Source: an uncultured Clostridium sp.
GTDB lineage: Bacteria; Bacillota; Clostridia; Christensenellales; CAG-138
Assembly: GCA_964612925.1 (NCBI GenBank)
Contig: CAZTFU010000003.1
Span: 23,425 to 87,424 of the forward strand
Direction: 5' to 3'
DNA: 64,000 nucleotides
Shown here: positions 27,420 to 36,607 of the stretch, piece after piece
Numbering within the stretch: position 1 is the stretch's first letter
Layout of the letters: each line of letters starts with the position of its first letter
Notes under the pieces: model-generated
What the model saw: only the letters and a program-made list of their open reading frames with translations
What the model was told of the DNA's origin: nothing
The model's database searches: none
Translations under genes and position numbers: made by a program

Positions 27420-29516
27420 ATGCAAAGGATCTTTTCCATGGAACTGGCGGGTCGCACCATTACCGCCGAAACCGGCAAATATGCCGAGCAGGCCGGCGGC
27501 AGTGTGCTCATGCGCTGTGGTGATACGGCGGTGCTTGTGTGCGCAACCGTAGCCAAGGCTCCGCGTGACGGTGTGGACTTTCTGCCGCTGAGCGTGGAAT
27601 TTGAAGAGAAGATGTACTCCGTGGGTAAAATACCCGGCGGATATATCAAGAGAGAGGGTCGCCCCTCCGAAAAGGCGATACTTGCAAGCCGCCTGATAGA
27701 CAGGCCGCTTCGTCCCCTGTTCCCCAAGGGATTTTACAATGACATTCAGGTGATTGCCACCGTGCTCAGCGTTGAGCAGGACATACAGCCCGAAATACTC
27801 GCAATGATTGGTTCAAGCGCGGCACTTGCTATAAGCGATGCGCCCTTTATGGGTCCCACGGGTGCGGTAAGCGTTGGCTACATAGACGGCGAATACATAA
27901 TCAACCCCACTTGCGCTCAGCGTGAGAAGAGCAAACTGCACCTTACCGTTGCGGGCACCAAGGATGCCGTTATGATGGTTGAAGCGGGTGCGGATGAGCT
28001 TAGTGAGGACGAAATGCTTCAGGCCATACTGTTCGCCCACGGCTACATAAAGGAAATCGTTGCCTTTATCGAGAATATGCAGGCGGAAGTCGGCAAGCCC
28101 AAAATAGAAGTAAACATCTATCAGCCCGATGAGGAATTCACCGCACTTGTGCGTGAATACGCATTTGACAAGGTAGAATGGAGCCTTGACACATTCGAAC
28201 GCAAGGAGCGTGAGGAGCGCAGTGCTCAGGTCAAGCAGGAAGTTACCGAGCATTTCCTTGAGATAAACCCCGACTGTGCAAAGGATGTTGACGCAATACT
28301 CTACAACATCACCAAGGAAATAGTGCGTGACAAGATAATCAACCGCGGTATCCGTCCCGATGGTCGCAGCATGGAACAGATTCGTCCCATCTGGTGTGAA
28401 ACGAGCCTTCTGCCCCGCGCACACGGCAGTGCCGTATTCACCCGCGGCCAAACTCAGGTCATGACCGTTGTCACCCTCGGCTCCCTTGAAGAAGCGCAGA
28501 TGCTTGACGGCATAAGCGATGAAACGGGCAAGCGTTATATGCACCAGTACAATATGCCGCCCTACAGCGTTGGCGAAACTCGCCCCGTGCGTAGCCCCGG
28601 CAGGCGTGAGATAGGTCACGGCGCACTTGCCGAGCGTGCTCTTCTGCCCATGATTCCTTCCGAGGAGGAATTCCCCTATGCGCTCAGGTTAGTGAGTGAG
28701 GTTATAAGCTCCAACGGCTCCACCTCACAGGCCTCAATCTGCGCAAGCACCCTTTCCCTTATGGATGCGGGCGTGCCCATCAAGAAGCCCGTAGCGGGCG
28801 TTGCAATGGGCCTTATAAAGGATCCCTCAAACGGTAACATCGCCGTTATGACGGATATTCAGGGTCTTGAGGACTTCCTTGGCGACATGGACTTCAAGGT
28901 TGCGGGCACCAAGGATGGTATCACCGCAATACAGATGGATATAAAGATAAAGGGTATAGATGAAGAGATACTTACCCGCGCACTGGCACAGGCTCGCCGC
29001 GGAAGGCTGTTCATACTGGACAAGATGCTTGAAACCCTTGCCGCACCGCGTGAGGAGCTTTCACCCTATGCGCCGCGCGTGTTGCAGTTCAGCATACATC
29101 CCGACAAGATACGCGAAGTCATAGGCTCAGGCGGCAAGACCATCAATAAGATAATTGCCGACACGGGCGTTAAAATCGACATAACCGATGACGGCCGCGT
29201 GTTCATCCTCTCCCCCGACCAGCAGGCATCCGCCGCCGCAAAGCGGATGATAGACACCATAGTTAAGGATATCGAAGTGGGTGAAGTGTTCCTTGGCAAG
29301 GTGGTAAACATTCTGCCCATCGGCGCACAGGTGGAACTTAAGCCCGGCAAGAAGGGTCTTGTCCACATAAGCAAGCTTGCCAACAGGCGCGTTGAAAGGG
29401 TTGAGGATGTTGTAAGCGTAGGCGACGAGATACTCGTCCGCGTAATAGACATCAAGCCCGACGGAAAGATAGACCTTACCCGCAAGGGTCTGTTGCCCGA
29501 GGATAAGCAGAACTAA
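27420..29516 (+). CDS. pnp: Polyribonucleotide nucleotidyltransferase (PNPase)
   Basis: Two RNase PH domains plus KH ([10 protein letters not shown]) and S1 ([15 protein letters not shown]). The start is moved to MQRIF, 8 nt after GAAGGAG. Confidence 0.95.
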   Translation: MQRIFSMELAGRTITAETGKYAEQAGGSVLMRCGDTAVLVCATVAKAPRDGVDFLPLSVEFEEKMYSVGKIPGGYIKREGRPSEKAILASRLIDRPLRPLFPKGFYNDIQVIATVLSVEQDIQPEILAMIGSSAALAISDAPFMGPTGAVSVGYIDGEYIINPTCAQREKSKLHLTVAGTKDAVMMVEAGADELSEDEMLQAILFAHGYIKEIVAFIENMQAEVGKPKIEVNIYQPDEEFTALVREYAFDKVEWSLDTFERKEREERSAQVKQEVTEHFLEINPDCAKDVDAILYNITKEIVRDKIINRGIRPDGRSMEQIRPIWCETSLLPRAHGSAVFTRGQTQVMTVVTLGSLEEAQMLDGISDETGKRYMHQYNMPPYSVGETRPVRSPGRREIGHGALAERALLPMIPSEEEFPYALRLVSEVISSNGSTSQASICASTLSLMDAGVPIKKPVAGVAMGLIKDPSNGNIAVMTDIQGLEDFLGDMDFKVAGTKDGITAIQMDIKIKGIDEEILTRALAQARRGRLFILDKMLETLAAPREELSPYAPRVLQFSIHPDKIREVIGSGGKTINKIIADTGVKIDITDDGRVFILSPDQQASAAAKRMIDTIVKDIEVGEVFLGKVVNILPIGAQVELKPGKKGLVHISKLANRRVERVEDVVSVGDEILVRVIDIKPDGKIDLTRKGLLPEDKQN

Positions 29517-29589
29517 CTGAAATAAAGAGTTTCGAAGAAGTGGCAAGTTGTGCCTTAACAACCCCGCTTTTTCCAACAGCACACAAAAA

Positions 29590-29612
29590 GGCGGTCAAAC
29601 GACCGCCTTATT
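29590..29612 (+). terminator. Terminator of pnp
   Basis: ggcggtc-aaac-gaccgcc followed by ttatt. Confidence 0.55.
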
Positions 29613-29636
29613 ACATCTCGCTAAAAAAGCGGGGAT

Positions 29637-29760
29637 GTTAAGGGGCGGCAGCCCCTTAATTTAATTCCGGCTTTGACGACATGTGCGTCAAAACGGATGA
29701 AAACCTGTAGGTTTTCGTTCTTTGCGCCTTTTGCCGCCCGCGAACGAATGTGAGAGGCAA
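29637..29760. repeat. Cluster of unrelated short perfect hairpins
   Basis: ttaaggggc/gcccctta, tttgacg/cgtcaaa, gaaaacc/ggttttc, ccttttgcc/ggcaaaag. Confidence 0.5.
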
Positions 29761-29767
29761 AAGAGCG

Positions 29768-29804
29768 GAAAAACTCGAATAAGTGGCAAGCCGCCACTTA
29801 TTCG
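29768..29804 (-). terminator. Terminator closing the paralogue array
   Basis: 12-bp stem cgaataagtggc/gccacttattcg followed on the minus strand by agtttttcc. Confidence 0.65.
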
Positions 29805-29817
29805 ACACTTTGTGCCG

Positions 29818-30633
29818 TCAATGCGTGGATGCGCATTGAATATATGTGTATACCGCCCAGTCGCCGTCCATACCCTGAAACTCATAGTCCGCTCTATTGT
29901 TTGAAAGAAAGCCGTATCTGTTGTTTTCCAAAACAATATAGTCGAGCGGGTCGCCCTCAAGCGAATTATGCACCTTGAATGTATACTTCGCATCCGTCTT
30001 TTGAGGATTCTTTGTGCAGGGTATATCCTCAACAAGCTGTATTTTCTTGTGGGCATCCGGGCATTTTGCCTCACTTTCATAGGTGACCAAGCCGTCCTCC
30101 TCCGACACAAGGGTACATGTGTTCAAATAATCCAACGTCTGTGCGGTTTCAACGGTTGTGGTATAATAATTTACGGTATCCTCACGGTCGGGGTTTACAG
30201 AGCAGGGGACATGCACCTCTTTTCTTCTTACATGATCGCAGTCGGTCTTGCTGTATGTTACCGTGTCCCCCTCGACCGATTCAACTATCCAAGCGGGGTC
30301 GGGGGATTCGGTGGGCGAGTTCACCTTCCACGTTTCCTTCATGTCAAGTGCGGTCGCATCTATGGTGCACCTTACGCGCTCCCTTTTTATGTCATACCTT
30401 TCGCCGTCTTGCGGTTCGGGTGTAGGCGTGGGAACTATCGTTGCGGTGGGCGCAACCGTCGGCGTAGGCTTTGCGGTGGGCGTAGGCTCCGCAGTTGGCT
30501 CCGCCGTGACCTCCGACACGGGCTCCGACGCGCTCGGCTCAACCTCGGGCGATACCGCGTGGGGCGCACACGATACGAGCATAAGCACCATCATTAAGCA
30601 TATAGATAAAGCAAGTGTTTTTGTGGCTTTCAT
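29818..30633 (-). CDS. Lipoprotein, WKV/TYSK-CxH module family (3 modules)
   Basis: 271 aa with lipobox LMLVSC and a Pro/Thr linker. Modules: EGDTVTYSKTDCDH, EDGLVTYESEAKCPDAH, DGDWAVYTYIQCASTH. Confidence 0.8.
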   Translation of the reverse strand: MKATKTLALSICLMMVLMLVSCAPHAVSPEVEPSASEPVSEVTAEPTAEPTPTAKPTPTVAPTATIVPTPTPEPQDGERYDIKRERVRCTIDATALDMKETWKVNSPTESPDPAWIVESVEGDTVTYSKTDCDHVRRKEVHVPCSVNPDREDTVNYYTTTVETAQTLDYLNTCTLVSEEDGLVTYESEAKCPDAHKKIQLVEDIPCTKNPQKTDAKYTFKVHNSLEGDPLDYIVLENNRYGFLSNNRADYEFQGMDGDWAVYTYIQCASTH

Positions 30634-30687
30634 TGTTTCCCTCCTGTGGTTTTATGTTGTAAAAGCGGCTTTCGGCGCTCATGCGGC

Positions 30688-32811
30688 CTACTCACCCGTC
30701 CTCGGCAGCAGCTCACGCGGCTCGCGGCCGATATAGCGCAGTACAAAGGCAATTGCGCTGAGCATAAACAATCCTGCCGCTAAAGCAAATGCGGCCGTGC
30801 TCACGGTTTTTTCGGCTCCTACGGTGATTTCCATATGAACCTCGTTGCCGCCGATTATATATGCGCTGAATGCAAGGAATTCTTCGGGTGTGGCGTTGCT
30901 TTCCGTCATTATTTCCTCGCCGACATCCTCCGTCAGCATATGACCCGTTATGCTACCCGCAGCGGCTCCCACGAGCACTATCAGTAAGGCACTGAGCAGT
31001 ACCGCCGCAAAGCATTGCGCCTTACTGCACCCAAGAAGGCGCATCGTGCCGACACACTGCTTCTGCGAATTTGCGTAGAAGAAGGCTATCATTATGGTAG
31101 CTATCACAAGCAGTGCGCTTGAAAGTATCAGAAGAAGCTCCGCCGTGCCGCTGAGCGTTTCAAGGCTCGGCTGTATGCGGGAATATCCCTGATCGTAGAA
31201 GGTAATCTTAACATCGTAATCGTCGCGGTCGAAAATGCCCGTTTCTTCCGCACTTTCAAGGAAGTCATTCACCTTGCCGTTCTCGATCCAAAGCGTAAGC
31301 AGTGACCCGCTCACCTGCCGCGTTTCCTCCGCGGGTGCGTTTTCAAGCGATTTCTCGGGAACGTATATCGTGTTCCACGGCACGCTTGCGGCGGCGTATG
31401 AAATTTCCGTATTGCCCACCAACGGTTTCACATCGAATATGCCGACAATTTCATACTCCCCGCCGTCAAAGAATTGGTCTCTTTCCGTATATCTGTACAG
31501 CGGCGCAAGCGTTGTGTCGTTGCCATTCGTTTTGGTAAAATAATCATATTCGTAAAAGTCAAAGCTTATCTTGTCGCCCAAACTCCAGCCCTGCTTTTGT
31601 GCAAGCTCCGCACTTACAATGCAAACATCGGCTCCCGATGCAAACTCCTCATCCGTAATGTTTCGTCCCTCGCGCATATAAATGTTGCCCATGTGGAACG
31701 CGGGCACACCCATCATGTCATCAAGCGCAACAACGCCGAAGGAACGCGCGTTTATATGGTATGCGTAGCTTATCTGCTCATATTTTGCTTTAAGCTCGGG
31801 GTCGGATTGCACATAATCAAACCTTACCAGCCAAAACGGGTTATCTTCGCTCCATCTTTGGTATCGCGTCTCTTCACCCAGTGCCGTAGCCCTATTGGAG
31901 TAAACAAAATAGAGCTCATTAAACAGATAATCGTGATAAAAAGAAAGAGGTGCCCCCTTATATTTTCCGTCGGATGCGATATAAGAGTTGAAGTTATTTT
32001 CATATATTCTGTATAACCTATGTGCGGCGTTCTTAAGTACCCCTATATACTCAACGCCGGGTTCAAGTCCCGCATAACCCTCTTCAAAATTAAAATTTAT
32101 CGATTCAATCTCATCCGCATACTTTTCATACATATGTTTAAGGCGTTCTTCATTGTTCCACCCATAACCATATAGTTCTATGTTAATGCATTGTATTCTG
32201 TCTTCATATGTAAAGCAGTCCGTTGCCGATTCCAAAACGTCAAGCAGAATATCTGTTCGTTTTTCGTTCGTTTGGTAATCAAAATACCCGATTTCGGATA
32301 TTATTTGATCCATGTCCAGTATTCTAAAATTTCCGTTATCGTCGGTATAAAGTGTAATTTTATTAAATTCCGCATCCCTGCCGCTGTTATCCTCTTCATT
32401 TATGCGAAAACGAATAACATCATCTTCAAATGCGGGATAATCTTCATCTCTGTCAAGTCTTATATTTTCTTCGCTGTATGCACCGTAGGTTGCCCGAAGA
32501 TCGTATTTTATAACGTTTGCCGCCGTGGTCAGGGGATAAAAATCATAACCGTTTACCGTAAGTGTATGATAGCCGATGTAATTTTCGGAAAGGATATCGT
32601 CCGTCAGATTGCCGTATTCGTCAGTCTCCGCATACAGCTCCACAACGCCTATTGTTGTATATGTTTCCTCTGCACGTTGCAAATTGTTTATGCTGTTTAC
32701 ATAAAGGTTCAGGCTGGTACAAAAAAACGCCGTCAGCAGCGCAAGAATCAATATATACAGCACTATTCGCCCGCTTTTGCGAAACATCTGCCTGAAATGC
32801 ATGGATAGCAT
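30688..32811 (-). CDS. Orphan FtsX/MacB-type permease (paralogue 2 of 4)
   Basis: 707 aa with the same architecture as 10144-12237. The first 40 aa are nearly identical to that paralogue. VGTMRLLGCSK; tail EPRELLPRTGE. Confidence 0.75.
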   Translation of the reverse strand: MLSMHFRQMFRKSGRIVLYILILALLTAFFCTSLNLYVNSINNLQRAEETYTTIGVVELYAETDEYGNLTDDILSENYIGYHTLTVNGYDFYPLTTAANVIKYDLRATYGAYSEENIRLDRDEDYPAFEDDVIRFRINEEDNSGRDAEFNKITLYTDDNGNFRILDMDQIISEIGYFDYQTNEKRTDILLDVLESATDCFTYEDRIQCINIELYGYGWNNEERLKHMYEKYADEIESINFNFEEGYAGLEPGVEYIGVLKNAAHRLYRIYENNFNSYIASDGKYKGAPLSFYHDYLFNELYFVYSNRATALGEETRYQRWSEDNPFWLVRFDYVQSDPELKAKYEQISYAYHINARSFGVVALDDMMGVPAFHMGNIYMREGRNITDEEFASGADVCIVSAELAQKQGWSLGDKISFDFYEYDYFTKTNGNDTTLAPLYRYTERDQFFDGGEYEIVGIFDVKPLVGNTEISYAAASVPWNTIYVPEKSLENAPAEETRQVSGSLLTLWIENGKVNDFLESAEETGIFDRDDYDVKITFYDQGYSRIQPSLETLSGTAELLLILSSALLVIATIMIAFFYANSQKQCVGTMRLLGCSKAQCFAAVLLSALLIVLVGAAAGSITGHMLTEDVGEEIMTESNATPEEFLAFSAYIIGGNEVHMEITVGAEKTVSTAAFALAAGLFMLSAIAFVLRYIGREPRELLPRTGE

Positions 32812-32851
32812 TGTATTTCCCTCCTTTATTATATTGGTTAAGTAAATAAGT

Positions 32852-32890
32852 AAAAGGTAAAGCGGGGAAGAGTAGTTTCCTCCCCCGCTT
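32852..32890 (-). terminator. Terminator of the small Cys-rich gene 32902-33219
   Basis: Minus strand agcgggggag-gaaactact-cttccccgct followed by ttacctttt. Confidence 0.65.
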
Positions 32891-32901
32891 ATTACTGTCC
32901 G

Positions 32902-33219
32902 TTAATTACCGCCGTTATGGCAGTCCCATACTTCTTTAGTGCCTATTACAGAAGAATATCCATAACCGCAATCAGGGCACTGCCATGTCCTTACGACATT
33001 GTATACATACACCCAATCCTCCGAATCGCCAAGTGGAGTGCCATTCTTTCCATGTATGCATGTTGTTTTATAGGAATACACAAATACATCCGAATCGCCA
33101 ACAAGCCTCATGGTCCCGCCGCAGTCGCACTTTTCCGCGCGTGCCGCGGCAATTGCCACAAATGCAAGTAGCACCATAACAGCAGCTAAAACGATTGCAA
33201 TTCTCTTTTTCATGTTCAA
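32902..33219 (-). CDS. Exported small Cys-rich protein (family S, member 1)
   Basis: 105 aa. Signal peptide ends AAARA|E. Mature part: C-x-C...C...W-Q-C-x2-C...C-H. Confidence 0.75.
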   Translation of the reverse strand: MNMKKRIAIVLAAVMVLLAFVAIAAARAEKCDCGGTMRLVGDSDVFVYSYKTTCIHGKNGTPLGDSEDWVYVYNVVRTWQCPDCGYGYSSVIGTKEVWDCHNGGN

Positions 33220-33407
33220 ATTCCTCCTTAAATAGTATAGTTGTCAGTTCTTCCGCGATAAATCGCAGATGTTCCTCCCCACTACGGCGAGCATATCTGC
33301 TCGGTCTATTTTGAGGTTATCCGACTTGCGTCGGTGCGACGTTAAGACCATACCGTATGTTGGTATTTCCTTGGGTAAAGATTACCATACTCAAAGCATG
33401 TTGTCAA
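33220..33407 (-). promoter_or_regulatory. Sigma-A promoter (TTGACA-17-TAATCT, 33379-33407) plus ~150-nt structured leader L1
   Basis: Hexamers with a 17-nt spacer. The leader holds GNRA hairpin ccgac-gcaa-gtcgg, gagca-gata-tgctc and ctgcga-ttta-tcgcgg before the RBS AAGGAGG. Confidence 0.55.
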
Positions 33408-33436
33408 TGGGTTTTTCACACGCCACAGGGGAGTTT

Positions 33437-35515
33437 CTACTCCCCTGCCCGTGGCAACAATTCGCGCGGTTCTTTACGGAGATACCCCACTACGCGGAAT
33501 ATCACGCCGCCCAAGAACAGCACAAGTGCCACTCCGCCTGCGATAAGCGTTACGTTCAGCGTGGCCTCAAGTGCAAACTCCATCTCTACATTTGATGTGT
33601 CGGTAAGGTATGCGCTGAATCCGCGGTATTCCTCGGGCGTGGTGTCGGCATTCGAAACTATGTTCTCTGCCACCTGCTGTGTAAGAGTATGACCTGCATA
33701 TGCACCGATTCCCGTGCCGAGCAATGCTATTATTATTGCTCCGAGCATTACGGCGATAAAGCTCCTTATTTTGCTATTACCGAGCAATCTCATTGTGCCG
33801 ATGCTCTGCTTATTCGCCTGTGCATAGAAGAATGAAAGCAGCAGTGCCGCAATTACAAGCAGTGCGCCCGACAGCAGCAACAACAGCTCCGCAGTGCCGC
33901 TGAGTGCTTCAAGGCTTGGCTGTATGCGCGAATAGCCCTGATCGTAGAATGTAAATTTGGCTTCATAATCGCCTTCTTTGCGGCCTGTGATGCCGTTTTC
34001 CTCCATATACTCGAGGAAGGGCTCTATCTTGCCGTTTTCAAGCCACAGCGTCATAAGTGCGCCCGTGACCTGCCTATCTTCCTCCGCAGGGGCGTTGGGC
34101 ACGGATGCGGCAGGGATGTATATCGTGTTCCACGGCACGCTGAGTGTGGAAAGCGCAACTTCCGAATTGCCTGTTACGGGTCTCACCTTATAAATGCCGA
34201 CTATTTCATATTCGCCGCTGTCAAAGAAGTTGTCAAGCTCCTCGTGGGTGTAATAGGGCGTGAGCGTGTTGGATTCAAGCGTTCCGTTTATGAAATAATC
34301 AAACTCGTAAAAGTCGAAATTTACCTTATCGCCAATCTCCCAACCCTGTGCGGCGGCAAGCTGTGAGTTTATCATGCATACCTTTGCACCGTTTTCATAC
34401 TCCTCCTCGGTTATCATTCGGCCGTCATGTACATACATATGGCCCATGTGGAACGCGGGCACGCCGCTCATATCGTTTGTCGCCATTACAGCGAACGAAT
34501 GTGCGTTTATCTTGTATGCGTTGAATACCTGCTCATATTTTGCAAACAGCTCGGGATCAGCCTCAATGTCGGAATATCTGTGTATCGGGAAAAGCACGTC
34601 CGTTGCCTTTTCTCCGATTTTGGACCACCATTTAATTCTCTCTGCGGTTTCGCCTTCGCCCTGCGAATACCTGAATGTCCAATTGGTGCTGAATACTTCC
34701 TCGTCACCTTGCACGTCATGTATGTTATATCTGCCGTTCGACGCCTTCTGTGTATCGTCACCGTTAAGCGAAACATATCCATATATTACATATTCCGTAT
34801 TCGGCTCAATCACTATGGTATCATATACGCCGCCGCCGTTCAGCGTATCGAGTACCGTATCCACATCCTCGGAATAATTTATGCCGTCGTATACACTTAC
34901 CGTCAAAGACACGTTATTCGAATCATAATCGTATATGTCCGCAGCCGATTCTATAACATGCAAATTGTAGGATCTGTCGCTGAAATGCCCATCAGACCCA
35001 CGCGCTTGATAATACAGAAAAATACGGTAGTTTCCATCGGGAACATATTTGGTATCAACCCAATCCTTATGCTCTTCCTTCTGCGTTTGTTCCTCGGGTA
35101 CGATTTTGAAGCGTATAAAATCTTCCTTGAACAGACGTTCGGTTTTGTTTTTCATTGCGTAATTACCTTCGCTGTATGCGCCGTAACGCGCGCGAAGATC
35201 ATATTTTATAACGCTCGGAGCGTTTACTATGGGCGTAATATCATACCCCTTCACGGTAACGCTGTAGTAGCCCGCATAATCATCCGCCGTAGTAATATCC
35301 TCCACAAGGTTGCCGAAGGAGTCAACGTCCGCATACAGCTCCATTACGGCAATAGTTGTGTAGGTATCCGCCGCAAGGCGAATGTTATGCTGACTGTTGT
35401 TGTACAGGTTCAGGCTCATGCAGAAAAATGCCGTAAGCAGTATCAGCACAAGCACATACAGCAACGTCCGCATGGGTTTACGTATCATTTGCTTCAAAAA
35501 CATAACTACGTGCAT
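33437..35515 (-). CDS. Orphan FtsX/MacB-type permease (paralogue 3 of 4)
   Basis: 692 aa; IGTMRLLGNSK; tail EPRELLPRAGE. The 3' 628 bp are identical to paralogue 4. Confidence 0.75.
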   Translation of the reverse strand: MHVVMFLKQMIRKPMRTLLYVLVLILLTAFFCMSLNLYNNSQHNIRLAADTYTTIAVMELYADVDSFGNLVEDITTADDYAGYYSVTVKGYDITPIVNAPSVIKYDLRARYGAYSEGNYAMKNKTERLFKEDFIRFKIVPEEQTQKEEHKDWVDTKYVPDGNYRIFLYYQARGSDGHFSDRSYNLHVIESAADIYDYDSNNVSLTVSVYDGINYSEDVDTVLDTLNGGGVYDTIVIEPNTEYVIYGYVSLNGDDTQKASNGRYNIHDVQGDEEVFSTNWTFRYSQGEGETAERIKWWSKIGEKATDVLFPIHRYSDIEADPELFAKYEQVFNAYKINAHSFAVMATNDMSGVPAFHMGHMYVHDGRMITEEEYENGAKVCMINSQLAAAQGWEIGDKVNFDFYEFDYFINGTLESNTLTPYYTHEELDNFFDSGEYEIVGIYKVRPVTGNSEVALSTLSVPWNTIYIPAASVPNAPAEEDRQVTGALMTLWLENGKIEPFLEYMEENGITGRKEGDYEAKFTFYDQGYSRIQPSLEALSGTAELLLLLSGALLVIAALLLSFFYAQANKQSIGTMRLLGNSKIRSFIAVMLGAIIIALLGTGIGAYAGHTLTQQVAENIVSNADTTPEEYRGFSAYLTDTSNVEMEFALEATLNVTLIAGGVALVLFLGGVIFRVVGYLRKEPRELLPRAGE

Positions 35516-35544
35516 ATTCTATCCTCCTTGTGTGGCGCACTTTT

Positions 35545-35664
35545 TTACATCAACAGGAAAGCACATTTTCCCGTTATTCTCGTTTTATTTACAGGAAAGC
35601 CCGATATACAGGCAAAAAGGCCACAGTAAACACAGATTGAAAATTTTGTCACGTTTGTGTTCAT
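35545..35664 (-). CDS. Possible 39-aa Cys-rich hydrophobic peptide (below the ORF-track cutoff)
   Basis: Own translation: MNTNVTKFSICVYCGLFACISGFPVNKTRITGKCAFLLM. RBS AAAGGAGGG lies 6 nt upstream. The stop lies 27 nt before the permease ATG. Confidence 0.3.
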   Translation of the reverse strand: MNTNVTKFSICVYCGLFACISGFPVNKTRITGKCAFLLM

Positions 35665-35702
35665 AGCGACCCTCCTTTATTTCAATATATTGTATGTTCG
35701 CC

Positions 35703-36113
35703 TTAACCTTCCGGCGTCGGTGTTGCCTCAGCTACATCGTCTGCGGCTTCGAGGTCGGCAGTGCCCTCGGGTATGGGGGTTTCGTGGTTGCATGTTATCT
35801 TGCTGTATGTCACTGTGTCCCCGTCAACAGACTCTATTGTCCAACTCGGGTCAGGCGATTCCGTGGGCATATATACCTTCCATATTTTCTTCATATCTTG
35901 TTTTGTACTATCTACCTGACATTGCACAAAGAATGCATCAATATCAAATTTATCACCGGGTTGTCTTGTTTTCTGAGTATTCGGCGTTATTGCGGGTCTT
36001 GGTCTTTCAGTCAACTCAGGCTCCTCTTCTATTGTCTGCGGCTTTGTGCAAGCTGAAAAGGCAAACGCAACTAACAGTACTATAAATAAGAAAAATCTAA
36101 GCTTAGATTTCAT
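35703..36113 (-). CDS. Small lipoprotein, single WKV/TYSK-CxH module
   Basis: 136 aa; lipobox AFSAC; KIWKVYMPTESPDPSWTIESVDGDTVTYSKITCNHE; acidic tail ending TPTPEG. Confidence 0.8.
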   Translation of the reverse strand: MKSKLRFFLFIVLLVAFAFSACTKPQTIEEEPELTERPRPAITPNTQKTRQPGDKFDIDAFFVQCQVDSTKQDMKKIWKVYMPTESPDPSWTIESVDGDTVTYSKITCNHETPIPEGTADLEAADDVAEATPTPEG

Positions 36114-36144
36114 GTGATTCCCTCCTATCTTCGCAATAAGTTCC

Positions 36145-36576
36145 TTACCCTTCGGGCGTCGGTGTTACTTCTGCGGGTTCCTCTGCACCATCTGTCTCGG
36201 CAACGCCCTCAGTCTCCTCGGGATGAAACGCATACGGGTCAGGGGTTTCGTGGTAACATGTTATCTTGCTGTAGATAACAAGGCCATCCTCCTCGGATTC
36301 CACCGTCCAATTTGGGTCGGGTGATTCCGTGGGCATATAAATCTTCCATGTAATCTTAGTATCACGTGCTGTAGTATCCACTTGACACTGCACCCATTCA
36401 CAGTTATAGTCAAATGCTTCGTTTGGCGTCATTGTTTTTTTGGGGCTTGGGGTTATTTTCGGCCGTGAAGTGGGTGTTACGGTTGGTTCTGCCTCCTCAA
36501 CGGGTTTCGCGCAGGCTGAAAAGACAAACGCAAGTACCAGTACTATAAATAATAAGAATCTAATTTTAGATTTCAT
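36145..36576 (-). CDS. Small lipoprotein, single module
   Basis: 143 aa; lipobox VFSAC; ITWKIYMPTESPDPNWTVESEEDGLVIYSKITCYHE; tail ...EVTPTPEG. Confidence 0.8.
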   Translation of the reverse strand: MKSKIRFLLFIVLVLAFVFSACAKPVEEAEPTVTPTSRPKITPSPKKTMTPNEAFDYNCEWVQCQVDTTARDTKITWKIYMPTESPDPNWTVESEEDGLVIYSKITCYHETPDPYAFHPEETEGVAETDGAEEPAEVTPTPEG

Positions 36577-36607
36577 ATGTTTCCCTCCTATCTTCGCAAG
36601 AAGCTCC

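Noticed and set aside
34427-35629. 400-aa plus-strand ORF, plus similar long plus-strand ORFs at 31474-32016, 32191-32808, 41310-41729 and elsewhere
   Set aside because: They lie antisense to the permease genes. Their composition is odd (rich in I/Y/R/H/V/C) and they have no RBS. The minus-strand frames have coherent TM and domain architecture and paralogue support.
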